This document shows, one piece after another, positions 28,105-36,667 of a stretch of DNA of 64,000 bases. The stretch covers positions 14,730-78,729 of the forward strand of contig CAYWPR010000010.1 in assembly GCA_964460115.1 (NCBI GenBank), read 5' to 3'. Below the pieces are notes generated by a model that saw only the letters and a list, made by a program, of their open reading frames with translations, was not told the origin of the DNA and ran no database searches. Position 1 is the stretch's first letter, and every line of letters begins with the position of its first letter. Source of the DNA: an uncultured Myxococcales bacterium. Its GTDB lineage: Bacteria > Myxococcota_A > Polyangia > Palsa-1104 > JAEUJZ01. Position numbers and translations under genes: made by a program.

Positions 28105-29484
28105 ATGCAAACTCTCTCCCGTCTCTTTGGCATTGCTTTGCTTGGCACCATGCCGCTGCTTGGCTGTAATAGCCAGACACTTAGCAGCAACGGCGATGGA
28201 GGACCTGTTCCCGAGGGCGTCACATTTGGCTTCCCCGGCTGCAGAGATCTTGCTTGTAAGATCGCTTATAACTGTCCGACGACAATGAATAGCGGCAAAA
28301 CCACCGTTACCGGCGTCGTCAACATCCCCGCCGGCAATCTGCCGCTCTATGGCGCATCGGTATACGTGCCAAACAGCGCATTATCTGATTACGTAGATGG
28401 GCCGACGTGCGATCGTTGCTCCGAGCAGTCTTCAGGAAGCCCGGTCGCCATCACGACCACCGATGCCGCTGGACACTTCATCCTTGAGGGAGTCCCCACT
28501 GGCGAGAACATTCCGCTGGTGGTTCAGCTTGGCAAGTGGCGGCGCGAGCTTACTTTGACGACCAAAGTCGATGCATGTACAGATACCGTACTCGATGCAG
28601 AGAAGACGCGGCTGCCGCGCAATCAGGGGGAAGGACATCTTCCTAAGATTGCCATTGCCACCGGCGGACAAGACGCGCTACAGTGCATGGTCCGTCGGCT
28701 CGGCATCTCCGACTCCGAGTTCACTCCTGAAGGCGGCACAGGCCGCGTCAACCTTTTTGCGGGGCACGGAGGGACGTCTAAATATGTCGCAGGCATAAAT
28801 GGCGGCGCCACGCTCACCAGCGCCCCGACCTTCTGGGGCGCGCAGGCCAACCTGAACAAGTACGACGTCCTTCTTTACTCGTGCGATGGCCAGGAGGATA
28901 GTTTTTCGAGCAACACCACCGAGAAACCCGCGGCATCTCGGGCCCTGCTCGAGAGTTATCTGAACGCCGGTGGGCGTGCATTTCTATCGCACTGGCACCA
29001 CTACTGGGTCGAGTTCGGCTCGACGGCGTTTAAAGGCCTCATCAACTTTCAGCCGGCCGGCAATCCGCCAACCGACCACCTAAACGACATTGGTACCGGC
29101 ACCGCGGACATCGACATGAGCTTCGCCAAAGGTCAGGCCATGGCCAACTGGCTGCGCAATGTGCAGGGATCCAGCACACTCGGCAAGATTAACCTAACGG
29201 CGGTTCAGAACACCATCAAGTCCGCCAATGCCGGCACACAGACCTGGATACGACTGCCCGCCAATGACAATACGCAGTACGTAAGCTTCAACACGCCGGT
29301 CGGCGTTCCACCGGCCAACCAGTGCGGCCGCGCTGTCATTTCCGATCTGCACATCTCGGCCGGCGATAACGTCAGTGATCCCTTCCCGATGGGGTGCAAG
29401 TCGAACCCGCTGTCGCCGCAGGAAAAAGCCCTGATCTTCATGTTCTTCGACCTGGCAAGCTGCATCGAACAACCCGCCGGCTGA
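28105..29484 (+). CDS. Hypothetical secreted lipoprotein with an N-terminal carboxypeptidase-regulatory-like beta-sandwich region
   Basis: Signal peptide with lipobox LLGC. A TVTGVVNIPAGNLPLYGASVYV segment follows. Multiple Cys pairs are present. No catalytic motif was recognised. Confidence 0.55.
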   Translation: MQTLSRLFGIALLGTMPLLGCNSQTLSSNGDGGPVPEGVTFGFPGCRDLACKIAYNCPTTMNSGKTTVTGVVNIPAGNLPLYGASVYVPNSALSDYVDGPTCDRCSEQSSGSPVAITTTDAAGHFILEGVPTGENIPLVVQLGKWRRELTLTTKVDACTDTVLDAEKTRLPRNQGEGHLPKIAIATGGQDALQCMVRRLGISDSEFTPEGGTGRVNLFAGHGGTSKYVAGINGGATLTSAPTFWGAQANLNKYDVLLYSCDGQEDSFSSNTTEKPAASRALLESYLNAGGRAFLSHWHHYWVEFGSTAFKGLINFQPAGNPPTDHLNDIGTGTADIDMSFAKGQAMANWLRNVQGSSTLGKINLTAVQNTIKSANAGTQTWIRLPANDNTQYVSFNTPVGVPPANQCGRAVISDLHISAGDNVSDPFPMGCKSNPLSPQEKALIFMFFDLASCIEQPAG

Positions 29485-29501
29485 TCCAATCTTAGGAGCA
29501 A

Positions 29502-30680
29502 TCAGCAGCCAAAGCGCACCGCATAAATCGGCGGTAAGTTGTTCGCCACAGTCATAAAGCCCTCGCCGCCGTCCTCGCTTAGGTACAGATTGCCCGTCGT
29601 GCTGCCAAAGGCCAAGGTTCCTTCCTGATTGGCGAGGGCGTGGCGATAAATTACATCGTATGCGCAATCTTGGGGCAGGCCGCGGCGCAGGGTTCGCCAA
29701 GTCGCGCCGCCGTCCTCGGTGCGTGCCACGAATAGTCCGCCGTCTATAGCCATACGCTGCTGATCCGACCGACCAGGCACGACCCAGGCAGTGCGACCGC
29801 ATTTTGCGTCCACCGTCACCGGAAAACCAAAATGGACGCCCTGCGCCGGGGCGCTTACCTTACGCCAAGATTTTGCCGCATCCGCACTATAGAAAATGCC
29901 GACGTGGTTTTGTTGCCACAGATGGTCAGGATCGCCCTGGCATTGCTCGATGTAATGCGGATCGTGGCCCCACTCGGCCTCAGGCTCGGGCGTATGCTCC
30001 ATCGTCATGCCCTTGTTGGCGCTATGCCACGTCAGTCCGCCATCGAGTGTCTCGATAACACCAGCCGTCGATACGGCCACGAGCATTCGCTTGGGATTTC
30101 GCGGATCGATCACAATCGAGTGAATTCCGGGCGCAAAGTCGCCGCCCTCAGAAGCCGGCGTTCCAAACCATTTCGTCTCGCCTACGCCGTCGCCTTCAAA
30201 TAGGTTACCGCCACGCGACTCGTGGTTCCAAAGCGGCCGGTTCAGCTCGAATGAGGCCCCCGCGTCGTGGCTTACAAAAAGTCCGCCGGGAATGGTTCCG
30301 ACATATACGCGCCCCTCGAGACCAAAACCAATGACCCATAGTTTGGCCAGCGTCGCGGGTTTTGTCGAGATGCGCCAGCCGACTCCGAACTCGGCTGCGG
30401 CGTCTTCGTACATATCCTGGGCGATGTAGCGTGCTCGCTCGGGATATTTGATTTGTGCCGGAGCGTCGGCCCAAGTGGCGCCCGCGTCGTCCGAAATTGA
30501 CAGCTTCGCGCCCCAATGTCCATGGCCAAGCAGTGCCCAAAGGCGCCCGGTATAGGGATCCTGCGCAACGAAATTTACGCCAGCACCAGCGTGAGCAGCC
30601 AGCCGCGGGCGCCAGTGGCCGCTACACTTCTCAACGATGAAAGTGCCTTTGCGCGTGCCGACGAGAATACGAGACGTCAT
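29502..30680 (-). CDS. BNR/Asp-box repeat beta-propeller protein (sialidase / Ycf48-like fold)
   Basis: Five Asp-box-like repeats are present (SDDAGATW, SHDAGASF, TLDGGLTWH, TEDGGATWR, SEDGGEGF). The start ATG abuts the stop of the upstream MoaD-like gene (TAGATG) and is preceded by GGAGG. Confidence 0.7.
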   Translation of the reverse strand: MTSRILVGTRKGTFIVEKCSGHWRPRLAAHAGAGVNFVAQDPYTGRLWALLGHGHWGAKLSISDDAGATWADAPAQIKYPERARYIAQDMYEDAAAEFGVGWRISTKPATLAKLWVIGFGLEGRVYVGTIPGGLFVSHDAGASFELNRPLWNHESRGGNLFEGDGVGETKWFGTPASEGGDFAPGIHSIVIDPRNPKRMLVAVSTAGVIETLDGGLTWHSANKGMTMEHTPEPEAEWGHDPHYIEQCQGDPDHLWQQNHVGIFYSADAAKSWRKVSAPAQGVHFGFPVTVDAKCGRTAWVVPGRSDQQRMAIDGGLFVARTEDGGATWRTLRRGLPQDCAYDVIYRHALANQEGTLAFGSTTGNLYLSEDGGEGFMTVANNLPPIYAVRFGC

Positions 30681-30962
30681 CTAGGAACCTCCGCTCAATG
30701 CTTGAAGAATGTGGACATTGGCGCCGGCGGCGACCGCATCGGAAAGCTTGCGGCGATCGCGGATGAGTTCTTTGTTGATGAAGATGTTGACGTGCGTCCG
30801 CAGGCAGCCGCGTTCGTCGCAGATATAAAAGCCGATGCCCGGTGCTAGTCCATCGAGAGCCCGAATCACCTCACCCACCGTCGAAGCCTCGACCTCGATG
30901 GCTTTTCCATCAAGTTGCGGAAAAAAACTGAACAAATGACGGGTCAGGTGCACGGAGACCAT
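30681..30962 (-). CDS. MoaD/ThiS-family ubiquitin-like protein ending ...ALSGG-S (one residue beyond Gly-Gly)
   Basis: The sequence matches the ThiS/MoaD fold: EASTVGEVIRALDGLAPGIG...THVNIFINKELIRDRRKLSDAVAAGANVHILQALSGG. The ATG at 30962 is preferred over the longer ORF. Confidence 0.65.
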   Translation of the reverse strand: MVSVHLTRHLFSFFPQLDGKAIEVEASTVGEVIRALDGLAPGIGFYICDERGCLRTHVNIFINKELIRDRRKLSDAVAAGANVHILQALSGGS

Positions 30963-31031
30963 GTACGAATCGGTCACACATGCGTCGAAATCATGCAAGC
31001 AAAAGTGCCATTATTGAACGTCAGCCACTGC

Positions 31032-31898
31032 CTAATTCATCCAGCGCGGCTCTGCCGAGGCGCCTTTTTTGGGCGTGCTGGTTTTCCAGCCGCCGTCCAT
31101 GACGGTAAATGATGCGCGTCCGGAGCGTCGCAAAGTCCGTTGTAGTTTGCGGCGCCAGGTCGTCCAAAAGCCGCCGCCGTCGCCTGATCCTAGGCGCAGC
31201 ATGAAAAGCGTCATTCCCACCGCGCCAAGCTGCGCAACAAACTCTAGCCAGCGATGAAACCAAAGGCTTCCGACAAGCCCAAGTCCAACAAAAAAGTATG
31301 ACAGGCCGCGCCCCGAAACCGGCTCACCAAGGCCCCACATCCGCACTGGCAAGTTCCCATAAAAATGTGCGAAGGCCAAAAGCACGGCCAAAAATACCGG
31401 CTGACCGTCGAACAAAACCACTGGTTCCATGGCCCCAATTGGCAGCCAGGCCCAAAGATAGCCAACCACGGCAGCCGACACGGCGGCAGCCAGCGACGCT
31501 TCAGCCATCCAAAGCAGGAAACGCCGCGTTCCGACACGCTGCTCGATGGCGCTTCCCAGCGAAAACAAGAGCAGTCCCAAAAACAAAAGGGAAAGGAAGC
31601 TCGTCATGATAAGGGGCGCCGTAACAATCTGATAGGCCCGAAAGCCCAGGACCTGGGCCGGACGCAAGTATAAGTTGTTGGCAATCCACAGCTCGACGGG
31701 CGGCAATAGCGCCAATACATAGGTCGCTGCAAACAGCCCTAAAAGGGCTATCACTCCCGGCGTAAACCGCTGGCCTAGGCGTATTTCAACAAACCGCGCA
31801 GAGGATGAGGCAGACTTCATGCTAATAAGGTAACTCGTCGTGCATTTGCCCGCCATGCCGCTGCACGCATTCGCCGCCGCTTTTTGAAAGGCAAGCAC
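31032..31898 (-). CDS. Polytopic membrane protein, possibly of the rhomboid superfamily (may be inactive)
   Basis: Six to seven hydrophobic helices are present. A FSLGSAIE segment and an AHFYGN segment weakly resemble rhomboid Ser and His motifs. The start is uncertain. Confidence 0.4.
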   Translation of the reverse strand: MLAFQKAAANACSGMAGKCTTSYLISMKSASSSARFVEIRLGQRFTPGVIALLGLFAATYVLALLPPVELWIANNLYLRPAQVLGFRAYQIVTAPLIMTSFLSLLFLGLLLFSLGSAIEQRVGTRRFLLWMAEASLAAAVSAAVVGYLWAWLPIGAMEPVVLFDGQPVFLAVLLAFAHFYGNLPVRMWGLGEPVSGRGLSYFFVGLGLVGSLWFHRWLEFVAQLGAVGMTLFMLRLGSGDGGGFWTTWRRKLQRTLRRSGRASFTVMDGGWKTSTPKKGASAEPRWMN

Positions 31899-31908
31899 GA
31901 AGCGGCAT

Positions 31909-33087
31909 TTGCTGGTATTCTGCTACGGGGAGGAGAGTGGTATGGCACTCGCTGAACTATCTCAGCTACAGGTTCTGCTTAGCAAGGCCGACGGGCCCGA
32001 TGTGATCTTCCCGTGTATCCTGGCGGAAGGCGACAAGGCCGCGCAAAGCCAGGCGCTGGAACGCGAGTATCTACGCTTGACTCACATTGCCGATCCCGAA
32101 CGCTTTCGGGGCGATCCGCAAGCTCAAAGCACTGCAAGATGGGTCTTGACCCGGCTTTTTGAATTTCATCATGAAGCGGTTCTGGCCATCGGCGCCAGCG
32201 GCGATGAGGCCAGCGATGACGGGCTGACCTCCGGCCATTTTGCCGGTCTGCCGGCGGAAGCCTTATTTACCGTCACAACCGCCAAGGGAGTCTATCAGGC
32301 CGAGGCCCTTCTTGCCGAAGGAGATTTGTCAACCGTCTACCGAGGCCGCAAGCTACTAGTCACGCCAGATGAAACAGGAGCCGGCCGAGGGGTTGCAATC
32401 AAAGTTGCAGACGACAGCAGCAACAATGATCTTTTACAAAATGAAGTCCATAGTCTGCGGTTCCTAAATCGCGCAGCCACGCCGCAGCGCAAGCATCTAC
32501 CGGTTCTGGTTGACGAATTTCGGACGTCCGATGGCCGCTTTGGTACGGTCTTGCGGCTTATCAAAGGACATTCCTTTTCCGTCATTCATAAGCAGTACAC
32601 GCAGGGCGTTGACGGTCAGCATGCGGCGTGGATCCTGAAACGCTTGCTCAGCGTGCTTGCCCATGCCCATAGCCAAGGGGTCATACACGGCAACATCAAA
32701 CCGGAGCACATCATTGTACAGCCGCAGAATCACAATGTTGTGCTTCTGGACTGGAGCCATTCCATAAGGACCGCACAGCCTGCCGTTTTGAGCATTCCGG
32801 GAATCCTTTCGGACTACAGCGCGCCGGAAATAAGAGAAGAGCAATCGCCTACTGCGGCTTCTGATATTTATTCTGTAGGAAAATGCATGATCATGCTGCT
32901 TGGCGGAGACCTGCATTATGACAGCATTCCTTCCCACATTGATAAGCGGCTGACTTGTTTTCTGCAGACCTTTGTATGGCCAAATCCCCAAGAGCGCGCG
33001 CAAAATGCCGAGCAGTTGCATGAGAAACTGGTGCAGCTTCGTGAAGAAATCTATGGACCGCAGCAGTTCCTAGAATTTGGCATGTAA
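31909..33087 (+). CDS. Protein-kinase-like protein, predicted pseudokinase (HGN replaces HRD, DWS replaces DFG) with an N-terminal unknown domain
   Basis: Motifs present: VAIKVAD, VIHGNIKPEHII, LLDWSHS and YSAPEI. The catalytic Asp of HRD is replaced by Asn. Confidence 0.65.
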   Translation: MLVFCYGEESGMALAELSQLQVLLSKADGPDVIFPCILAEGDKAAQSQALEREYLRLTHIADPERFRGDPQAQSTARWVLTRLFEFHHEAVLAIGASGDEASDDGLTSGHFAGLPAEALFTVTTAKGVYQAEALLAEGDLSTVYRGRKLLVTPDETGAGRGVAIKVADDSSNNDLLQNEVHSLRFLNRAATPQRKHLPVLVDEFRTSDGRFGTVLRLIKGHSFSVIHKQYTQGVDGQHAAWILKRLLSVLAHAHSQGVIHGNIKPEHIIVQPQNHNVVLLDWSHSIRTAQPAVLSIPGILSDYSAPEIREEQSPTAASDIYSVGKCMIMLLGGDLHYDSIPSHIDKRLTCFLQTFVWPNPQERAQNAEQLHEKLVQLREEIYGPQQFLEFGM

Positions 33088-33123
33088 GACCGCCCATTGT
33101 GCTAATCTTCGACGGTTCCATTC

Positions 33124-34551
33124 GTGAATTCCATAGGCTTTGATTCGACAAGAATTCTAATCATTGGTCTTGGATACGGAGACGAGGGCAAGGGAACCAT
33201 CATCGATGCCTTGTGTCGCCGCAAATTGCGGAAACTCAGCACAAAGGCCACCGTCATCCGCTTTAATGGCGGCCCGCAAGCCGCGCATCATGTCGTCGCA
33301 GCGGGGGTTCCGGAACGCACCCATTGTTTTGCGCAATTCGGATCCGGAATGCTTGTGCCCGATGTATGGACGCTGCTTTCGGCATACATGCTGATCGAGC
33401 CGCTGGCTTTGCTGGCAGAGGCCGAGGCGCTCATCAATGTAGGTGTCGTAGCGCCGCTGCGGCGGCTGATTATCGACAGACAATGCGTCGTTGTGACTCC
33501 GTTTCACAGGCTGCTCAACCGCATGCAGGAACTGGCGCGCGGGCCCAAGCGGCACGGCAGTTGTGGACTTGGCGTTGGTCAGGCCTGGCTGGACAGTCGC
33601 AGCACCGGGCGTCCGACGCTGCACATCGGTGACGCGCAGGATGACGTCGCCCTGCGCAAACAGCTTCGATTTATTCAGCTTTGCAAAATCGATTTGGCGG
33701 AACAGATTGTGGAAGCACATGCGAAAGATGAGGCGCTGCATCGGGAACTTGGGCAAATTCTTGACCAGCTTCGGCGGTCCGACTGGATAGAGCGGCTGAG
33801 CCAAGCGTACTCGCTACTGCTGCGCGAAATCGCGGAGCTGGATAATGGCACCGTTTTGCAGCAGACCCTTACAGACAAGAAAAATCCGGTGCTATTTGAG
33901 GGGGCGCAAGGCGTTCTTCTCGATGCCGAGCGGGGATTTTTTCCCTATGTGACGCCGTCGCGCACAACCTTTGACAATGCGCTAGAGCTTCTGCACAACG
34001 CGCAGACTGCTGCAACGCCACTGCGGCTTGGTGTCTTGCGCGCTTATGGCACGCGTCACGGCCCCGGGCCCTTTGTCAGCCACGACGCTGACCTGGAACA
34101 GCGTTTGCCCGAGCTGCACAACGGCCAAAATCCCTGGCAAGGCGCCATGCGTATCGGCTGGCTTGATGCCGTCGCTGCGCGCTATGCCCTGGCGATATCT
34201 GGCGGGGTTACAGCCCTGGCTTTGACGGGACTAGACCGCTTGGCGGGCCTTTCCGTTGTGCGGGTCTGCACGGCCTATCGCTTGCCAAACGGCACGACTC
34301 TAGAACACTTGCCAGTCTCGCCATCGCCCAGCCGCGAACAGCAAATCGAGCTGACGCAACTGCTACGTACCGCGGAACCGATCTACACCGAACTTGCGGG
34401 CTTTACGACATCCCGTGACGGGCCAGAGTTATCTGCCGGTGCGTTGAACTTTGTTCGCTTTTTGGAATCTCCCAGCGGAATCGGCATTCCCATCGCCGTG
34501 GCATCTACTGGCCCGACGGCCAAAGACAAAATTTTCCGTTGGGATTTATGA
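33124..34551 (+). CDS. Adenylosuccinate-synthetase-family protein (divergent PurA paralog)
   Basis: PurA blocks are present: GLGYGDEGKGTIID (P-loop), FEGAQGVLLD, FFPYVTPSRTT, RAYGTRHGPGPF, GWLD and ASTGP. The GRRRR aspartate-binding cluster is replaced by QGAMRIGW. GTTGRGIGP is replaced by GSCGLGVGQ. Confidence 0.8.
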   Translation: MNSIGFDSTRILIIGLGYGDEGKGTIIDALCRRKLRKLSTKATVIRFNGGPQAAHHVVAAGVPERTHCFAQFGSGMLVPDVWTLLSAYMLIEPLALLAEAEALINVGVVAPLRRLIIDRQCVVVTPFHRLLNRMQELARGPKRHGSCGLGVGQAWLDSRSTGRPTLHIGDAQDDVALRKQLRFIQLCKIDLAEQIVEAHAKDEALHRELGQILDQLRRSDWIERLSQAYSLLLREIAELDNGTVLQQTLTDKKNPVLFEGAQGVLLDAERGFFPYVTPSRTTFDNALELLHNAQTAATPLRLGVLRAYGTRHGPGPFVSHDADLEQRLPELHNGQNPWQGAMRIGWLDAVAARYALAISGGVTALALTGLDRLAGLSVVRVCTAYRLPNGTTLEHLPVSPSPSREQQIELTQLLRTAEPIYTELAGFTTSRDGPELSAGALNFVRFLESPSGIGIPIAVASTGPTAKDKIFRWDL

Positions 34552-34577
34552 CCGATGGGAAGTGTTCCCCATCGGTC
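34550..34577. terminator. Bidirectional hairpin (10-bp stem GACCGATGGG/CCCATCGGTC, 8-nt loop) between the convergent purA-like and OMP genes
   Basis: The inverted repeat was read from the sequence, immediately at or after the purA-like stop. Confidence 0.5.
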
Positions 34578-34605
34578 GATCGTCAGCTACGAACTTCGCT
34601 GAGTA

Positions 34606-36630
34606 TTAGAATTTCAGCAGGATCTTGGCTTGAAAAGCTTGCGCAATGGTGGAATCGACGCGGCGCGAATCCGTCCAAATCTCTGGCCGCTGCGTCAGCC
34701 CGCCCAGATCAAACAGGACGCCGTATTCCAGCATTGTGAAAAAACCTTCTTCGCGATTGTGGTACATGATGCGCAAATTTAGCTCTGCGCCCATGTTGAC
34801 GGAGTGTCCGGGAAACGCGGCCGGCCGATTGGCCAGCGAATAGATAAACTCTGCCTGTCCACCAAAGCTGTCGATCAGCCAATACGCAATCGACGGCTTT
34901 AAATAGGTGGCGTTATATACCGTTCCCAGGATGCGTCGAAACAGAATCATATCGACGTGGTAATCTGGATCGAAAGTAAAGCGCGAGTTTCGTAGCGCCA
35001 CTCCGCCATTGCCGTCTGAAGGGCCATTTGGCGATTCGCGCGCCAAACGCCAATTGAGCTCGCCAGTTGGATCTCCGTTTTGCGGTCCGCTAGCGCTGCC
35101 GACTTCCAGTCCGACAATCAGACTGTCTTTAAGAAATTTGTAATTGCCGCGAATGATGCCGCCAAGCTGCTGCAAAGACAGCGAGGCTTTGCGAAACACC
35201 GCCGTACCACTGGCGCCCGTGCCGGTGTCGGCGTATACGCCAAGCTCGCCGATTTGGCCGAAAACTCCGGCTCCTTCTACTTCTAGGGTAAGTTTTCGCC
35301 ATTGCAGGCGGGCCCACAGATCCGCGGTCAGACTCCAGGCATTACGCCGGCCAAGCGACTTCTGCAGATCATTTTGCGAAACCAGCGCCGGATTGTCTGG
35401 CCCCGGCGCCATCGTCGCCGGCAAAGTGGTTTGCGGCCGTGGATTGTAGGTCAGATCCCAATCCTGCGTACGCGCCATCAGCAGGGCGCCGTAGTTAAAT
35501 ACCGAAAGTCCTCGCTTCAGCCGATCCGCAATGGTCACTTCATCGTCTTTGCGGCCAATGGCCAAAGTGTACTGGTTTACGTCATCGACATTGTCGAGGT
35601 TATAGTACGAACCAATAAGCTGTTGGTTGCGCACAATCGCCGAGGTCGGCCCGGTGGCCGCCCAGTCATAGGACAACGAGATAAAGTGATTCCAATGACG
35701 GGCAGTCAGCATGATGCGATCCACGGTGACGCCGAAGTCGCAGTCATTGCAGTTGCCGTCGTGAAATAGCATGCCGCTGCCCCACATAAAGGGCATGCGA
35801 CCAAAGTTGATTTCGACGAGCGGAATGCGCACTTCGCCCCAAGCGCGCTTGGCGCGAATCGAAGATTGCAGAGCATTCACAACGGATTCCTGGGGCACTT
35901 GTCCGCGCGTGCCTATTGTTGGATATCCATCGGCTGCGCCACCGCGGCCATTGATGTAGAAACCTTCCGGAGTCGACCCGAGAACCAAATTGTCAAAGAT
36001 ATCGATCTGCGCTTTGATGCGAATATGCTCGGACAGGTTAATGGTCGGGTCTAAGCGGAAGCGGACATCGGCGGTACGAATGCCGCGCTCTAGACAATCC
36101 GCATTGCCACTGCGTTTGGCGCAGCCGCTGTTTTGACTTTGGTTGTTCAGATCCGGAATTTCGGAATAAGGAATCGTAAACGGATTGGCGCGTCTGGATG
36201 GGTCATTGAAGTGACCCAGATTGAAGTTGAACCAATAAAAGCCACGGCCGCGCATATAGCCGTTAAGCTGCAAAAATTGCAGCGATTTTTCTTTTTTGTC
36301 ATGCCATTCCGGAAGTGGCTCGATGGCGGCGTCTCCAGCGGTTTGGCCGGGCGCCTGCTCTGCTGGGCCTTCGGGTTTGTCGGGAGGCGGTCCACCGCCC
36401 ATCCCGCCCATGCCGCCTTGGCCGCCGCCCATGCCGCCCTGCCCTCCCATGGGACGCATGCCGCCGCCCGGCCCAAACTGCGCCAGGGCATCGCTGCTCC
36501 ATAACAGAAATACGCCGCACAAAAGCCAGCGGGCGGTGAAGGAGAAGGTAAAGATGCGTCCGGCGGAGAATTCTTCTCGGCGGAAGGCATCGCTATAGGG
36601 GGAAGAAAATCGAAGTTCTTGGCGGAGCAT
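34606..36630 (-). CDS. Outer-membrane beta-barrel protein (C-terminal ...ILLKF) with an N-terminal Gly/Met-rich low-complexity segment
   Basis: A signal peptide is followed by GPGGGMRPMGGQGGMGGGQGGMGGMGGGPPPD. Amphipathic beta-strand-rich sequence follows, ending in an aromatic residue (Phe). Confidence 0.65.
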   Translation of the reverse strand: MLRQELRFSSPYSDAFRREEFSAGRIFTFSFTARWLLCGVFLLWSSDALAQFGPGGGMRPMGGQGGMGGGQGGMGGMGGGPPPDKPEGPAEQAPGQTAGDAAIEPLPEWHDKKEKSLQFLQLNGYMRGRGFYWFNFNLGHFNDPSRRANPFTIPYSEIPDLNNQSQNSGCAKRSGNADCLERGIRTADVRFRLDPTINLSEHIRIKAQIDIFDNLVLGSTPEGFYINGRGGAADGYPTIGTRGQVPQESVVNALQSSIRAKRAWGEVRIPLVEINFGRMPFMWGSGMLFHDGNCNDCDFGVTVDRIMLTARHWNHFISLSYDWAATGPTSAIVRNQQLIGSYYNLDNVDDVNQYTLAIGRKDDEVTIADRLKRGLSVFNYGALLMARTQDWDLTYNPRPQTTLPATMAPGPDNPALVSQNDLQKSLGRRNAWSLTADLWARLQWRKLTLEVEGAGVFGQIGELGVYADTGTGASGTAVFRKASLSLQQLGGIIRGNYKFLKDSLIVGLEVGSASGPQNGDPTGELNWRLARESPNGPSDGNGGVALRNSRFTFDPDYHVDMILFRRILGTVYNATYLKPSIAYWLIDSFGGQAEFIYSLANRPAAFPGHSVNMGAELNLRIMYHNREEGFFTMLEYGVLFDLGGLTQRPEIWTDSRRVDSTIAQAFQAKILLKF

Positions 36631-36667
36631 AAGTGCGCGCGGACTATAGGACCGCCCGCCCGCGCCG

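Noticed and set aside
33157-33804. 215-aa minus-strand ORF
   Set aside because: It is antisense to the PurA-family gene, whose conserved blocks fix the plus-strand frame.
36296-36598. Pro-rich ORFs (36296–36598 plus; 36299–36520 minus) across the OMP gene
   Set aside because: They are antisense or off-frame translations of the Gly/Met-rich low-complexity region of the outer-membrane barrel gene.
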